Virus record (IMG/VR): IMGVR_UViG_3300003320_000853
Length of the DNA: 64,000 bases
Reading direction: 5' to 3' (one strand)
From: a virus
Taxonomy: Duplodnaviria; Caudoviricetes
Within the stretch, counting starts at the first letter, position 1; each line of letters opens with the position of its first letter. Made by a program: the position numbers and the translations under genes. A model generated the notes under the pieces. That model had not been told where the DNA came from. It worked only from the letters and a program-made list of their open reading frames with translations, and did no database searches. Of the stretch, positions 9,808 through 18,595 are shown in pieces.

Positions 9808-10443
9808 ATGACTTCCTACGCCATTGGTGGACAGAGCTCGGGTGACTTCAAGGAGACCTCTGCGCGCGTCCAGCTTCTCAACGTCGTCACCCGGAATTCC
9901 CAGGGTGTCCTGACGCCGGACGCGTTCTCGCAGGCGAATCCCCCCGTCGTCACCGGCCAGAAGTCCTCCACCCTGAACGCCATCGGCGGCAAGCTCGGCG
10001 TCCTCGGGGGCAGCATCGCCTTCACCCGATACGACTTCGGCAACGGCTTCCATGGGGGGCCGCTCAAGGTCGGTGGCAACTACGACGCTCGGGTGAAGCC
10101 TCTCGGCTTCTTCCTGAACGACTCGCTCGGGAACGCCTTCGAGAACACCCCCGGTGTCGCTTCGACGCGCGGTCCGTACGTGTGCGGCGTGGGTTCCACC
10201 GTCGGCCTCTCGATCTACGAGACGAAGAAGCAGGTCGCGACGAATCCCGGTGACGCGATCACCTGGACGGCGGGCGATCCGGTCTACGCCTCGGTCAACG
10301 GCTACGCCACGAACGTCGTCGGTGACGCTTACGAGTTCAACGTCTCGGGGCAGAACGACGTGAAGTTCGTGACCCTCATGGGCATCGTGAAGGTCGCCCC
10401 CGACGCCAATTCGTCGCTCCTCGTGATCGACACCCGGATCTGA
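9808..10443 (+). CDS. Capsid cement/decoration protein
   Basis: AGGAG RBS; PLGFFLND...YET...WTAGDPVYASVNG...MGIVKVAP beta-tulip-like pattern; immediately before the MCP. Confidence 0.65.
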   Translation: MTSYAIGGQSSGDFKETSARVQLLNVVTRNSQGVLTPDAFSQANPPVVTGQKSSTLNAIGGKLGVLGGSIAFTRYDFGNGFHGGPLKVGGNYDARVKPLGFFLNDSLGNAFENTPGVASTRGPYVCGVGSTVGLSIYETKKQVATNPGDAITWTAGDPVYASVNGYATNVVGDAYEFNVSGQNDVKFVTLMGIVKVAPDANSSLLVIDTRI

Positions 10444-10462
10444 GAGAGGAGCAGAGGACACC

Positions 10463-11344
10463 ATGAATCAGCAGGTTTCCAACGAGCTGAAGCAGCAAAT
10501 CATCAGCGAGTACATCAAGACGGCTTCCGGCCGAGCGAAGCTCGCTGCGTCGATGATCCAGCCGCTCCGGCTGCGTCGCGACTACACCGCGGTGGGTCGC
10601 AAGACCTTCCTCGTGGAGCAGCTCCCGGACGGCGCGCTCCCGATCTACGACAAGGATCCGGACGTCACGGCATTCGTCGTCGGCGAGGAGGGCCAGAACA
10701 TCCTCGCGATCCAGAAGCCGCGCCGCGTGATCTTCCCCCTGTTCGAGATCGCCTCGAACCCGGAAATCCCGCTCACTCAGATCAAGGAGCGTCGCTTCGA
10801 TCTCATCGAGCGCGCTCAGGATCTCGCCAAGGCGCAGATCCAGGCTGCGGAGGACGAGCGGGTCTTCACCGTCCTCGACTCGATCGCCGTCTCGGGCTTC
10901 GACACCCTCCCCGGGCAGACGAACCCCGACGTCGCCGTGGTCGCCCCGATCTCGCCGGCCGTCCTCGCGGACGCCTTCGCGGAGATCGAGCGCCACGACC
11001 TCCGGGTCGCGCGCATCTACATGAACGCCGTGGACTATGCGGACATCCGCAAGTTCGGGCGTGACATCCTGGACATCGAGAGCCAGGCGACCCTCCTCAA
11101 GACCGGCCTCCAGGCCGTTCTGTGGGGTGCGCAGATCATCACGAGCCGCCTCGTCCCCGTCGGCTTCGTCTACATCTGCGCCGAGCCCGAGAACTTCGGC
11201 CGCTTCCCGGTCCGCACCGAGCTCACGGTGCTCTCGGCCGACGACCCGAAGGCCCGCACCATCGGCTTCTCGTGCTTCCAAAATGTCGGCATTGGGGCAT
11301 TCAACCCCAAGGCGCTGACGAGGGTCGTGGTTCAGCGCTTCTAG
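10463..11344 (+). CDS. Major capsid protein (HK97 fold, 293 aa)
   Basis: GRAKLAASMIQPLRLRRDY...FEIASNPEIPL...IQAAEDERVF...IYMNAVDYADIRKFG...LWGAQIITSRLVP; very strong codon bias; followed by a terminator. Confidence 0.85.
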   Translation: MNQQVSNELKQQIISEYIKTASGRAKLAASMIQPLRLRRDYTAVGRKTFLVEQLPDGALPIYDKDPDVTAFVVGEEGQNILAIQKPRRVIFPLFEIASNPEIPLTQIKERRFDLIERAQDLAKAQIQAAEDERVFTVLDSIAVSGFDTLPGQTNPDVAVVAPISPAVLADAFAEIERHDLRVARIYMNAVDYADIRKFGRDILDIESQATLLKTGLQAVLWGAQIITSRLVPVGFVYICAEPENFGRFPVRTELTVLSADDPKARTIGFSCFQNVGIGAFNPKALTRVVVQRF

Positions 11345-11380
11345 CCTGAATCCGGCCTGAAATCAGGCCCAAAGGCGATG

Positions 11381-11420
11381 GAGGCCCTGCTCGGGAAACC
11401 GGGTGGGGCCTCTCGTTTTT
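11381..11420 (+). terminator. Rho-independent terminator after MCP
   Basis: GAGGCCCTGCTCGG-GAAA-CCGGGTGGGGCCTC stem-loop followed by TCGTTTTT. Confidence 0.8.
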
Positions 11421-11460
11421 AGTGCTTGTAAAGAAGATGGGCCGTCCCGCCATGGCGAGA

Positions 11461-11467
11461 CGGTGTA
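11461..11467 (+). promoter_or_regulatory. Early-type promoter motif CGGTGTA
   Basis: Upstream of the YodC-like gene. Confidence 0.45.
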
Positions 11468-11504
11468 GATGACGGTAGCTGATAGTCTTTGCATCGGAGA
11501 ATGT

Positions 11505-11699
11505 ATGGGTGAGATCACGATCGGATCGAAGGTCAGATTGAAGAGTGGGATCGGGCCAACGATGATCGCAGACGGAGAGTCTGCTGGGGGCCCGGGCGAA
11601 GCCATCTCCTTGATGGCTTGCTACTGGTTCACGTCGGACATGACGTACCAGAGGGCGGACTTCCGGCTCGACCATCTGGAGAAAGATCCCAACCCCTGA
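11505..11699 (+). CDS. YodC/DUF2158-family small protein
   Basis: GSKVRLKSGIGPTM...CYWF pattern; GGAG RBS. Confidence 0.7.
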   Translation: MGEITIGSKVRLKSGIGPTMIADGESAGGPGEAISLMACYWFTSDMTYQRADFRLDHLEKDPNP

Positions 11700-11717
11700 C
11701 CAGGGGTTCTGAACGGC

Positions 11718-11758
11718 AAGGGGCCGTCTCCGAGAGGGGTCGGCCCCTTCGCTTTTTG
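11718..11758 (+). terminator. Rho-independent terminator
   Basis: AAGGGGCCG...CGGCCCCTT stem followed by CGCTTTTT. Confidence 0.75.
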
Positions 11759-11802
11759 TCTGTTTGACCCCCACATGTGTGGATGAGCCGGTAGACTTCC
11801 TC

Positions 11803-12699
11803 ATGAAGTGGGCACGCTTCCCTTCGCTTCCGAGAATGTTTCACGTGCCCGAGAGCGTGAGGGATACCAAGCCGCTCACTCCTCCTGGCACCGACCTATC
11901 CATCTGGCAATGGGATGATGAGCGGGGGCGTCCGACCGCCATCGTCTTCCAGGGGGATTCAAACAAGCCTTTGTGGAAGTACACCTTCGGAAACGAGGCC
12001 CAGCGTCATCATGAGATCGTCGAGGCCGCTCGGATCCGCAAAGAGCAGCTCAAGGAGGAAACGATGACCCTCAACGATCGGGTCTTGGCGCGGTTCAAGC
12101 AGTCTCTCGACCTTGGGAAGACGTTCTTCACCGAGAGCCTCAAGTTCCACCACTGGCGCGGGCACCTCACCATCACGGACATCACGAACGCCGGGAAGCG
12201 GGGGAAGAAGGTTCGCGAGCTGGTGGTGACGCCGAACACACGGGGTGGGGACGCCCGAGCCGAGGAGGTGATCAAGCACCTCGTTCCGACGCTCACGCAC
12301 ATGAACTACGACCAGGCGAAGGGCAAGATGGAAGACCTTCAGGAGGAACTCGACGACAACGGCAAGCCCGTCGTCGAGCTCTTCGAGAGGATCCTCCGTG
12401 GGGTCGACGTCGAGCCTCCCGGCACGAAGATCGAGCTGACCAACAAGTTCGAGAATGGGACCATCCTGCGCATCGAGTCGAGCCCCCACGACTTCCATCT
12501 CACGAACAGCGCTCTGTTCGGCGCCGCTGGGGAGAAGCCGTCCTTCCGTCAGGACACCGGCTACTGGCCTCGGTCGAAGAAGGACGGCATCCTGTTCTAT
12601 GCCTGGCTCAAGGAAAACATGGCCAAGGCGTCCAAAATGACGATCCAGGACTTCCAGAAGGTCTGGGATCAGCTCGGCGTCACGTACAACCAGCACTGA
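11803..12699 (+). CDS. Two-module hypothetical protein; second module starts at 12064 with the RVLARF tag
   Basis: CCGGTAGACT 11 nt before ATG 11803; internal AAGGAGG RBS before ATG 12064 (MTLNDRVLARFKQS). Confidence 0.6.
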   Translation: MKWARFPSLPRMFHVPESVRDTKPLTPPGTDLSIWQWDDERGRPTAIVFQGDSNKPLWKYTFGNEAQRHHEIVEAARIRKEQLKEETMTLNDRVLARFKQSLDLGKTFFTESLKFHHWRGHLTITDITNAGKRGKKVRELVVTPNTRGGDARAEEVIKHLVPTLTHMNYDQAKGKMEDLQEELDDNGKPVVELFERILRGVDVEPPGTKIELTNKFENGTILRIESSPHDFHLTNSALFGAAGEKPSFRQDTGYWPRSKKDGILFYAWLKENMAKASKMTIQDFQKVWDQLGVTYNQH

Positions 12700-12702
12700 C
12701 GT

Positions 12703-12713
12703 CGGTGTAGACT
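12703..12713 (+). promoter_or_regulatory. Early-type leaderless promoter CGGTG-TAGACT
   Basis: -10 hexamer starts 12 nt before ATG 12720. Confidence 0.6.
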
Positions 12714-12719
12714 TCGGGC

Positions 12720-13055
12720 ATGCCCCTGACCGAAGAAGCTCAAGCGCTGATCGAGCGATCCCTCCAAACCCGAGAGGGTCAGGTTGCACTCATGGTTGCC
12801 ATGGGGGACGCGATCCAACGGTTTGTGGACTGGGGGAACGTAATGCCCGGGACGCGGCGGGATCTAGAAATCACCCGCGCCCGCCTTGAGGCCCGTCGTG
12901 TCGATGTGATGGGCTTCGGGGTGTGGCGCCACGGGCGCACCCTCGGCCAGCTTTTCGAGGCCATGAGACTTTTGAAGGCGCCGCCGATCGGACCCTGCTT
13001 CATCGAGCCCGCGCCGACCGCCTGGGAACATCTCCTGGCAGATGACCCGGTTTGA
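12720..13055 (+). CDS. Hypothetical protein with C-terminal PTAWEHLLADD motif
   Basis: Own promoter motif; C-terminal motif shared with ORF 39685. Confidence 0.6.
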   Translation: MPLTEEAQALIERSLQTREGQVALMVAMGDAIQRFVDWGNVMPGTRRDLEITRARLEARRVDVMGFGVWRHGRTLGQLFEAMRLLKAPPIGPCFIEPAPTAWEHLLADDPV

Positions 13056-13457
13056 CTATCGGAACATCCCGGGCGGCGTCCGGATCCCGGCCTTCCGCAG
13101 GATCTCTTCGCACCATGTGAGCGCCTCGGAGCGCTGGTCGAACGCCTTCACGTTCGTCGGCATCGGCGCCACCATGAGGAGCGTGGAGAGCACGAAGCGT
13201 ACGACGGCGCCGTCGACTACGACGGCGTTTCCGAGCCACGTGTTCCGCAACTCCGGCATCATCTTGATCCCATCAGAAAAGGGGGCGACGATTGCCCGAG
13301 GGGATGCCTTCAGCCGCGACGCATCCGTGAGCACCACGAAGACTCCCGACCGAGATGCCTGCCTGAACCCCTCGAAGAGAGGAGGGAGGTCGACGGGGCC
13401 GATCTCCTCGGGGAGATCCAGGGTCATAAGTGGGTGAGTGAGGGTGATTGTAATCAT
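13056..13457 (-). CDS. STAS/SEC14-like (SpoIIAA-like) protein
   Basis: FVVLTDASRL...NAVVVDGAVVRFVLSTL...VKAFDQRSEALTW pattern; ATGA overlap with the terpene synthase stop. Confidence 0.7.
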   Translation of the reverse strand: MITITLTHPLMTLDLPEEIGPVDLPPLFEGFRQASRSGVFVVLTDASRLKASPRAIVAPFSDGIKMMPELRNTWLGNAVVVDGAVVRFVLSTLLMVAPMPTNVKAFDQRSEALTWCEEILRKAGIRTPPGMFR

Positions 13458-14494
13458 GTCCTGTCCGTGAACCTAGGTTCGATGACGCGGTTGTTCACGA
13501 CCACCTTGTAGGCCGTGTATCGCGGGGATTGCGCCTCCCAGAGGGAGAACCCAAGGGACGCGTAACGGACATCCTGCAACCACCGGGCGATGAAAGGATC
13601 GTCGCGCTCCGACCAGGATCCCAAGGATCCGGCGAGGCGATCGAATTCCAGGAGCGTGGTGTTGTGGGTGAGGATAAGGTACTCGAAGGCATCCTCCACG
13701 CTCATCGCACGTTCGTGCATGAGCGTGGAGGTCAGGTTGAGGTGGCCCTCGGTGAAGTCCTTGCCAAAGCTCAGAAGATCGTTGCCGATCCCGACGATCT
13801 TGTTGGACAGAGTCTTGAGCCGCATGACCGTAGGGTGGAGGTGGAAGGAACGCGGAAGCTCGAAGTCATACACGTCTTCGAGCAAGTAGACGGTTGCGTA
13901 CATCCCGATGGTCGCGATCCTGAGATCCATCTGCCGCGTGAAGCTCGGGAACACCTTGTTCTCCTGAGCATTCCTCACCGCGAGGGCTTCCTGACGTGCG
14001 GCCGTGCTCCACGTCTCCATGCACTGGCAGACGGCCCGAAGCCACAGCTCGCTCCTCCCCCCAGAGAACTCCTTGAGGAGCTGCCACCAACCGAGATCGA
14101 AACGAGACATGTCCTTCGGAGGCTCGGCCTTGAGGATATCGCTGGGGTCGATCCTCCAACGATTGTCCCGGCTTTCTACCTCAACGTCGTCCCACAGGAG
14201 CCACAGGGTGAGATGTTTTGCGACCCGGATGGTCTTGTCGAGAGGCAGTGTGGGGAACGGAAAGCCTACATAGCCCTCGATGTCGAACCGACGGGCACGG
14301 GTCAGTTCCTCGGGTGTACACCCGAGGGTCTCCAACCACTGGAGCACGTGACGCCTCGCCTGGATGGCGAGGGGATTCTTCGGGATCGGCGATCTCCAGT
14401 GCGGTGGCACACGGAACACGAACTTCTCGCCCGTATTTGTAGGGTAGCCCCTAGCGGCGTCCGCGGAGACGACAAGGAAATCGCTTTCGGTCAT
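13454..14494 (-). CDS. Class I terpene synthase/cyclase (346 aa)
   Basis: Asp-rich WDDVEVE, effector RIATIG, NSE-type NDLLSFGKD, C-terminal WEAQSPRY; GGAGG RBS before ATG 14494. Confidence 0.85.
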   Translation of the reverse strand: MTESDFLVVSADAARGYPTNTGEKFVFRVPPHWRSPIPKNPLAIQARRHVLQWLETLGCTPEELTRARRFDIEGYVGFPFPTLPLDKTIRVAKHLTLWLLWDDVEVESRDNRWRIDPSDILKAEPPKDMSRFDLGWWQLLKEFSGGRSELWLRAVCQCMETWSTAARQEALAVRNAQENKVFPSFTRQMDLRIATIGMYATVYLLEDVYDFELPRSFHLHPTVMRLKTLSNKIVGIGNDLLSFGKDFTEGHLNLTSTLMHERAMSVEDAFEYLILTHNTTLLEFDRLAGSLGSWSERDDPFIARWLQDVRYASLGFSLWEAQSPRYTAYKVVVNNRVIEPRFTDRT

Positions 14495-14506
14495 GACCCC
14501 TCCATC

Positions 14507-14524
14507 CTGGTGTAGGAACACCAG
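14507..14524. promoter_or_regulatory. Palindromic divergent promoter/operator CTGGTGT-AGGA-ACACCAG
   Basis: Perfect 7-bp inverted repeat in the 30-bp gap between the terpene synthase and ung; contains TGGTGTA 12 nt before the ung ATG. Confidence 0.5.
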
Positions 14525-15190
14525 ATGCACGCCTCATGGAAGAGGGTCCTCCAAGATGAATTTCGATCCCCATCCTTCCAGGATCTCATCAAGTTCGTCG
14601 AGAGAGAGCGTTCCACCTACACGGTTTTTCCTCCTGTGGGTGAGGTCTTCACCGCGTTCGACCTAACGCCATTCGAGGATGTCAAGGTCGTCATCCTCGG
14701 TCAGGACCCCTATCATGGGGTCGGGCAGGCGCATGGTCTGAGCTTCTCCGTCAAGCCCGGCGTCTTGCTACCGCCCTCCCTCGTCAACATCTTCACGGAG
14801 GCCCGGTCTGATGGGGTTCTGACCGGCACGCCTGGGGGATGCCTCAAGCCGTGGGCTGAGCAGGGGGTCTTCCTCCTGAACTCGGTGCTCACGGTTCGAT
14901 CAGGGGTGGCGGGATCCCATCAGTACCGTGGGTGGGAGGCGTTCACGAACGCCGTCATCCGGAAGCTCTCCGAGCGGGAGAAGCCGATGGTCTTCATCCT
15001 GTGGGGGAGCTATGCGAGGGACAAGAAGCCTCTCATCGATCTCGACCGGCACACGGTCATCGAGTCGGCTCACCCGTCCCCTATGTCGGCCGACCGGGGA
15101 TTCTTCGAGAGCAGGCCATTCTCCAGGGCCAATGCAGCCTTGGTCGCCGCGGGACAGACGCCGATCGACTGGCAGCTCCCTCTGGTCTAA
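14525..15190 (+). CDS. ung: Uracil-DNA glycosylase (family 1)
   Basis: VVILGQDPYHG, GLSFS, PPSLVNI, GVFLLNSVLTV, HPSP motifs. Confidence 0.95.
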   Translation: MHASWKRVLQDEFRSPSFQDLIKFVERERSTYTVFPPVGEVFTAFDLTPFEDVKVVILGQDPYHGVGQAHGLSFSVKPGVLLPPSLVNIFTEARSDGVLTGTPGGCLKPWAEQGVFLLNSVLTVRSGVAGSHQYRGWEAFTNAVIRKLSEREKPMVFILWGSYARDKKPLIDLDRHTVIESAHPSPMSADRGFFESRPFSRANAALVAAGQTPIDWQLPLV

Positions 15191-15465
15191 TCGAGACCGA
15201 AGGAGAGCTGCTCATCCTCTTCCACGGCGGGCTCGCCCTTCTTCCCCTTGCCCTTCTTGAACTTGGGCGCCTTCCGGCGTTGTTCCTCGAAGAATGCTTG
15301 GAAGAGGGTCTTCCACTGGTCGCGGGGGATCCCGACCTTGACCACAGCGAAGACCGAGATCCGCCAGGCGCGGGGAACGGCGCGGGCGACCTCCCGGCCG
15401 AGCTCGGCTGGATCGGTCACCCCGTCGTCGATCTTCTTCTGGAGGAGGGTGGGGAGGTTGTCCAC
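15187..15465 (-). CDS. Hypothetical protein (92 aa)
   Basis: Packed ORF in a small minus-strand cluster; ends EQLSFGLD. Confidence 0.55.
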   Translation of the reverse strand: MDNLPTLLQKKIDDGVTDPAELGREVARAVPRAWRISVFAVVKVGIPRDQWKTLFQAFFEEQRRKAPKFKKGKGKKGEPAVEEDEQLSFGLD

Positions 15466-15467
15466 GA

Positions 15468-15665
15468 TCAGTACCCAGTGCGACGCCAGATGTGGCCGCC
15501 ACGAACCGTGGCAACGAGGAGCTCGCCGACGTAGACGTTGACCTGATCCCAGTCGTCCGAAGCGCGGACCGCGTTGACGATCGCCTGGTCGATGTTCTGC
15601 GGGGTGTGGTCGAAGTTGTAGGAGCGGTTGCCGAGGAGGCCGGTGGTCCAGATCGTCGTGCTCAT
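15468..15665 (-). CDS. Hypothetical protein (65 aa)
   Basis: AGGAGGAG RBS; good codon bias. Confidence 0.6.
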   Translation of the reverse strand: MSTTIWTTGLLGNRSYNFDHTPQNIDQAIVNAVRASDDWDQVNVYVGELLVATVRGGHIWRRTGY

Positions 15666-15682
15666 GCTCCTCCTACAGAGGA

Positions 15683-15716
15683 GAGGGCCGAGCGATCAAC
15701 TCGGCCCTCCGTTTTT
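15683..15716 (+). terminator. Rho-independent terminator (possibly bidirectional)
   Basis: GAGGGCCGAG-CGATCAA-CTCGGCCCTC followed by CGTTTTT. Confidence 0.65.
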
Positions 15717-16052
15717 CTAGCGGCCGGTGATCTTCTCGAACCCGTTGGCGCTTTTCATGGCGAGGGCGAGCGCCTGAGCGTAGGCCGCGAGCTTGGCCAC
15801 GACCTCGTCATGACGGCGGAGGACGCGCGACCAGTCCTCACGGCATTCCGCCGATGCCTCGTAGATGCCAGGGTTGTCCTGGCGGGAGAAGCGCTGGAAG
15901 TGCGCCGTCTTGTCGTCGGTGGCGGCGGCCAGCTCCAAGAGAAGAGCCATCGCCTCGTCGTGCGTCCATGGCACCGAATTGAGCGAACGGACCTCGCCAC
16001 CGAGGCGATCGAGAAGGATGCGGATATCGGACAGGGTCTTCTGGGGATCCAT
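15717..16052 (-). CDS. Hypothetical helical protein (111 aa)
   Basis: CCGTGTAGAAGGA motif upstream of the ATG. Confidence 0.6.
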   Translation of the reverse strand: MDPQKTLSDIRILLDRLGGEVRSLNSVPWTHDEAMALLLELAAATDDKTAHFQRFSRQDNPGIYEASAECREDWSRVLRRHDEVVAKLAAYAQALALAMKSANGFEKITGR

Positions 16053-16089
16053 GGGTCCTTCTACACGGAACCCGGCACCTTGATCAACC

Positions 16090-16103
16090 TAACTCACTTA
16101 TCC
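16090..16103 (+). promoter_or_regulatory. Putative late-promoter motif
   Basis: TAACTCACTTATCC upstream of ORF 16147. Confidence 0.5.
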
Positions 16104-16146
16104 GTTTGCTCTCTGTGGAGACCTTTGTCCCGCGCAGGAGCAGACG

Positions 16147-17406
16147 ATGCCTCAGCAAGATCAGATCCGATACCAGCACGGCCAGCCCATCCACTTCATC
16201 ACGACCAGGAACTTCACGTTCGGCAACACGCCGAACGGCCAGCCTCTCGCTCTGTCGAAGGGCACCGATGTCTTCTTCGACGGGACCACGGCGGAGGTTG
16301 CCGGGGCGCGGTACGCGATCCCGCAGCTCCGGGGGGCCATTCGCACGGGGTGGCTCGTCCAGGCACAGCGGTACGACGAGAACGACACCTCGGCGGAGCG
16401 GCCGAGGGCGGCGGGCATCGAGGTTCGGCATGCGGCGGAGGGAGGCAATCCTCTCCGGCCGAACCGGGTTCGATTCGAGCGTGCGACGGAGGAGGACATC
16501 GACGAGCGTGAGGTGGGCAACGTCGACAGCCATGCGGCGTCGACGAGGGCTCGGAACACCCGGTGGCGGCCCGGCCAGCGTCCGCCCGCGGATGTGGAGC
16601 CCGGGCGTCGCTTCACCGGCTCCGTGTGGGAGGTCGAGGCCCAGGATGGGGTCGAGGTGCGGCGGGGCTTCGCCACGGCGCGTTCGGCGGGTGAGGATGC
16701 TCGGAGCATCCCGACTACGCAGCTCAGCCGGGCGGGTGAGGCCATCGCTCGGGCGAACAACGTTCAGATCGAGCCGGGGGAAGGCATCACCGAGGAGGAG
16801 ATGCTGGAGAGGATGCACCCGGAGGATCGCGAGCTGTACCTCGCCGACAAGGAGGCGTACCGTTCTCGGTACGCCGACGTGGCCCCGGCTCCTCGGGTGA
16901 TGCGAGCCGATCCTTCGGCGAACCGCGTCATCGCTCGGGTCGCAAACCACGGGGCCGAGACCCGGGAGGGGATGACGAGCCGGGTCACGACGGGTGGGGG
17001 GACAGAGGTCTTCGACGTTTCGGGGCTTGATTCGGCGCCGGCTCGGCAGGACACCATCAGCCAGGAGGGTCTCACCTTCCGGACCACGAACGGTCCGCAG
17101 CGGGCATTCGAGAAGCCTTCCAGCCCCGACGACAAGAGGGTCGCTCCGGCCGAGGTCGTCCGCACCGTGGGGCAGTCTGTCACCATGCGTGAGGCTCCGG
17201 CCGAGATCCGCAAGATGGTCGCCAAGACCGTGTGCGCGGACTTCCCCGACAACTATGATTTCTCGGGCTCTGTGCGGAAGCGGCTCGCCCGTCTCCAGGC
17301 GGACTTCGAGGATCGCCACGACGTTCTCCGTGCCGTCTTCGCGGCTGAGGGCGACGAGATGAAGTCGCTCCTCGTCGCCGAGTTCCCGCAAGCTTTCGCG
17401 CAGTGA
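16147..17406 (+). CDS. Hypothetical late protein (419 aa)
   Basis: AGGAG RBS, codon bias, late motif upstream. Confidence 0.7.
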   Translation: MPQQDQIRYQHGQPIHFITTRNFTFGNTPNGQPLALSKGTDVFFDGTTAEVAGARYAIPQLRGAIRTGWLVQAQRYDENDTSAERPRAAGIEVRHAAEGGNPLRPNRVRFERATEEDIDEREVGNVDSHAASTRARNTRWRPGQRPPADVEPGRRFTGSVWEVEAQDGVEVRRGFATARSAGEDARSIPTTQLSRAGEAIARANNVQIEPGEGITEEEMLERMHPEDRELYLADKEAYRSRYADVAPAPRVMRADPSANRVIARVANHGAETREGMTSRVTTGGGTEVFDVSGLDSAPARQDTISQEGLTFRTTNGPQRAFEKPSSPDDKRVAPAEVVRTVGQSVTMREAPAEIRKMVAKTVCADFPDNYDFSGSVRKRLARLQADFEDRHDVLRAVFAAEGDEMKSLLVAEFPQAFAQ

Positions 17407-17452
17407 ATCTCGCCCCATAGCTGAGGATCTCCTTTTGCTGGCCCTTCCGGTG

Positions 17453-18589
17453 ATGGGCGAGACGGAGATCGGCGATGGGTGCGTGCGAGCTTCCCAACAG
17501 GAGAAGCAAGCCTCCGGCATCGTCGTGTACCTCATGGAGGAGCTGGGGGACGCCCGCCTCCGGACAGCCCAGCTCAAGAAGTACATTCAAGAAGCTCTCG
17601 ATCTCGTCGAGAAGTCTCCGGAGCGGGACAGGATCTTCGAGATCGCTGGCCACCTCCTCCACGGCATTCCCGACACCGCCTTCAAGCTCGACAAGGCTCT
17701 CGACGCGGCGGCGATGGCGGCGGCTCGTCTCGACTACGAGGAGATCAAGCAGAACCTCAAGCCCGAGAAGGCCGACGAACTTGAGGACGTCTTGAATGAC
17801 GTCCGGCTCAACATTCTCAAGAGGCGTTCGAACATGGAATCTACGGTCACAGCCGAGCATCGGTCAGGCAAGGTCGCTGCGCTTCTCAAGCTTGCCTTCC
17901 TCATGGGGCAACATGAGAGCAAGTCTCCACCCTCGAAGCACGTTACTTCGGACGACTTGCAGGGATTCGCGGAAGAATCCTGCCAGGTCGTTGCCCAGAA
18001 ACTTCAGTTGTTGGCGGGCATGATCAAGAGGGGGTCCCCAAACATCGAGGGTCTTCTCGGAGACATTGGGGGACACCTTGAGACGGGCCTGTGGTTCTAC
18101 GGCCAATCCTTGGCGGAGAAGCCTACGGGATCCATGACAGCGGAACAGCACAGAGGAACGACCATGAAGAGCGCGAAGGAAGCTGCGGCGGAGTTGGTTC
18201 AGCTTGCCGAGATCACGGAGGCCACGGGGCAGGTTCCGCTCGTCCGTCTCGCCAAGCTCATCCGGGCCCTGGAGGGGCCCCAGGCCCGCACGGCTTCGGA
18301 CGTCCCGAAGAACGCGGCTTCCTTCTTCCGGAACGTCGCGACGGCGATCCAGAAGGAGGCCAACCCGAGCCGTCTCCGGCTCGCGAACGTCCTCCGCAAG
18401 GTCTTCGCAGACGGGATGCAGATGGACGCTGGCACCATGCTCGCGGCCATCTACGCCCAGGCGAACTCGCGCGAGGACGTCATCAAGGGGTTCATGAGCG
18501 CCAATCCCAGCATGTCGAAGGAGGACGCCGAGAAGGCGGCCGACATGTGGGAGAAGCACAAGGACGTCGTCAAGGACAAGCACCAGTAG
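17453..18589 (+). CDS. Hypothetical head-associated protein, modular (KQAS/KVAA/RTAS sites)
   Basis: Long helical ORF; start uncertain; internal GAGGA RBS before ATG 18164. Confidence 0.6.
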   Translation: MGETEIGDGCVRASQQEKQASGIVVYLMEELGDARLRTAQLKKYIQEALDLVEKSPERDRIFEIAGHLLHGIPDTAFKLDKALDAAAMAAARLDYEEIKQNLKPEKADELEDVLNDVRLNILKRRSNMESTVTAEHRSGKVAALLKLAFLMGQHESKSPPSKHVTSDDLQGFAEESCQVVAQKLQLLAGMIKRGSPNIEGLLGDIGGHLETGLWFYGQSLAEKPTGSMTAEQHRGTTMKSAKEAAAELVQLAEITEATGQVPLVRLAKLIRALEGPQARTASDVPKNAASFFRNVATAIQKEANPSRLRLANVLRKVFADGMQMDAGTMLAAIYAQANSREDVIKGFMSANPSMSKEDAEKAADMWEKHKDVVKDKHQ

Positions 18590-18595
18590 GGCACC

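Noticed and set aside
10463-11344. Encapsulin nanocompartment with ferritin-like cargo
   Set aside because: The shell gene sits in a portal-protease-scaffold-cement operon with tail genes. The Dps-like gene is 26 kb away and I saw no LTVGSL-type cargo peptide.
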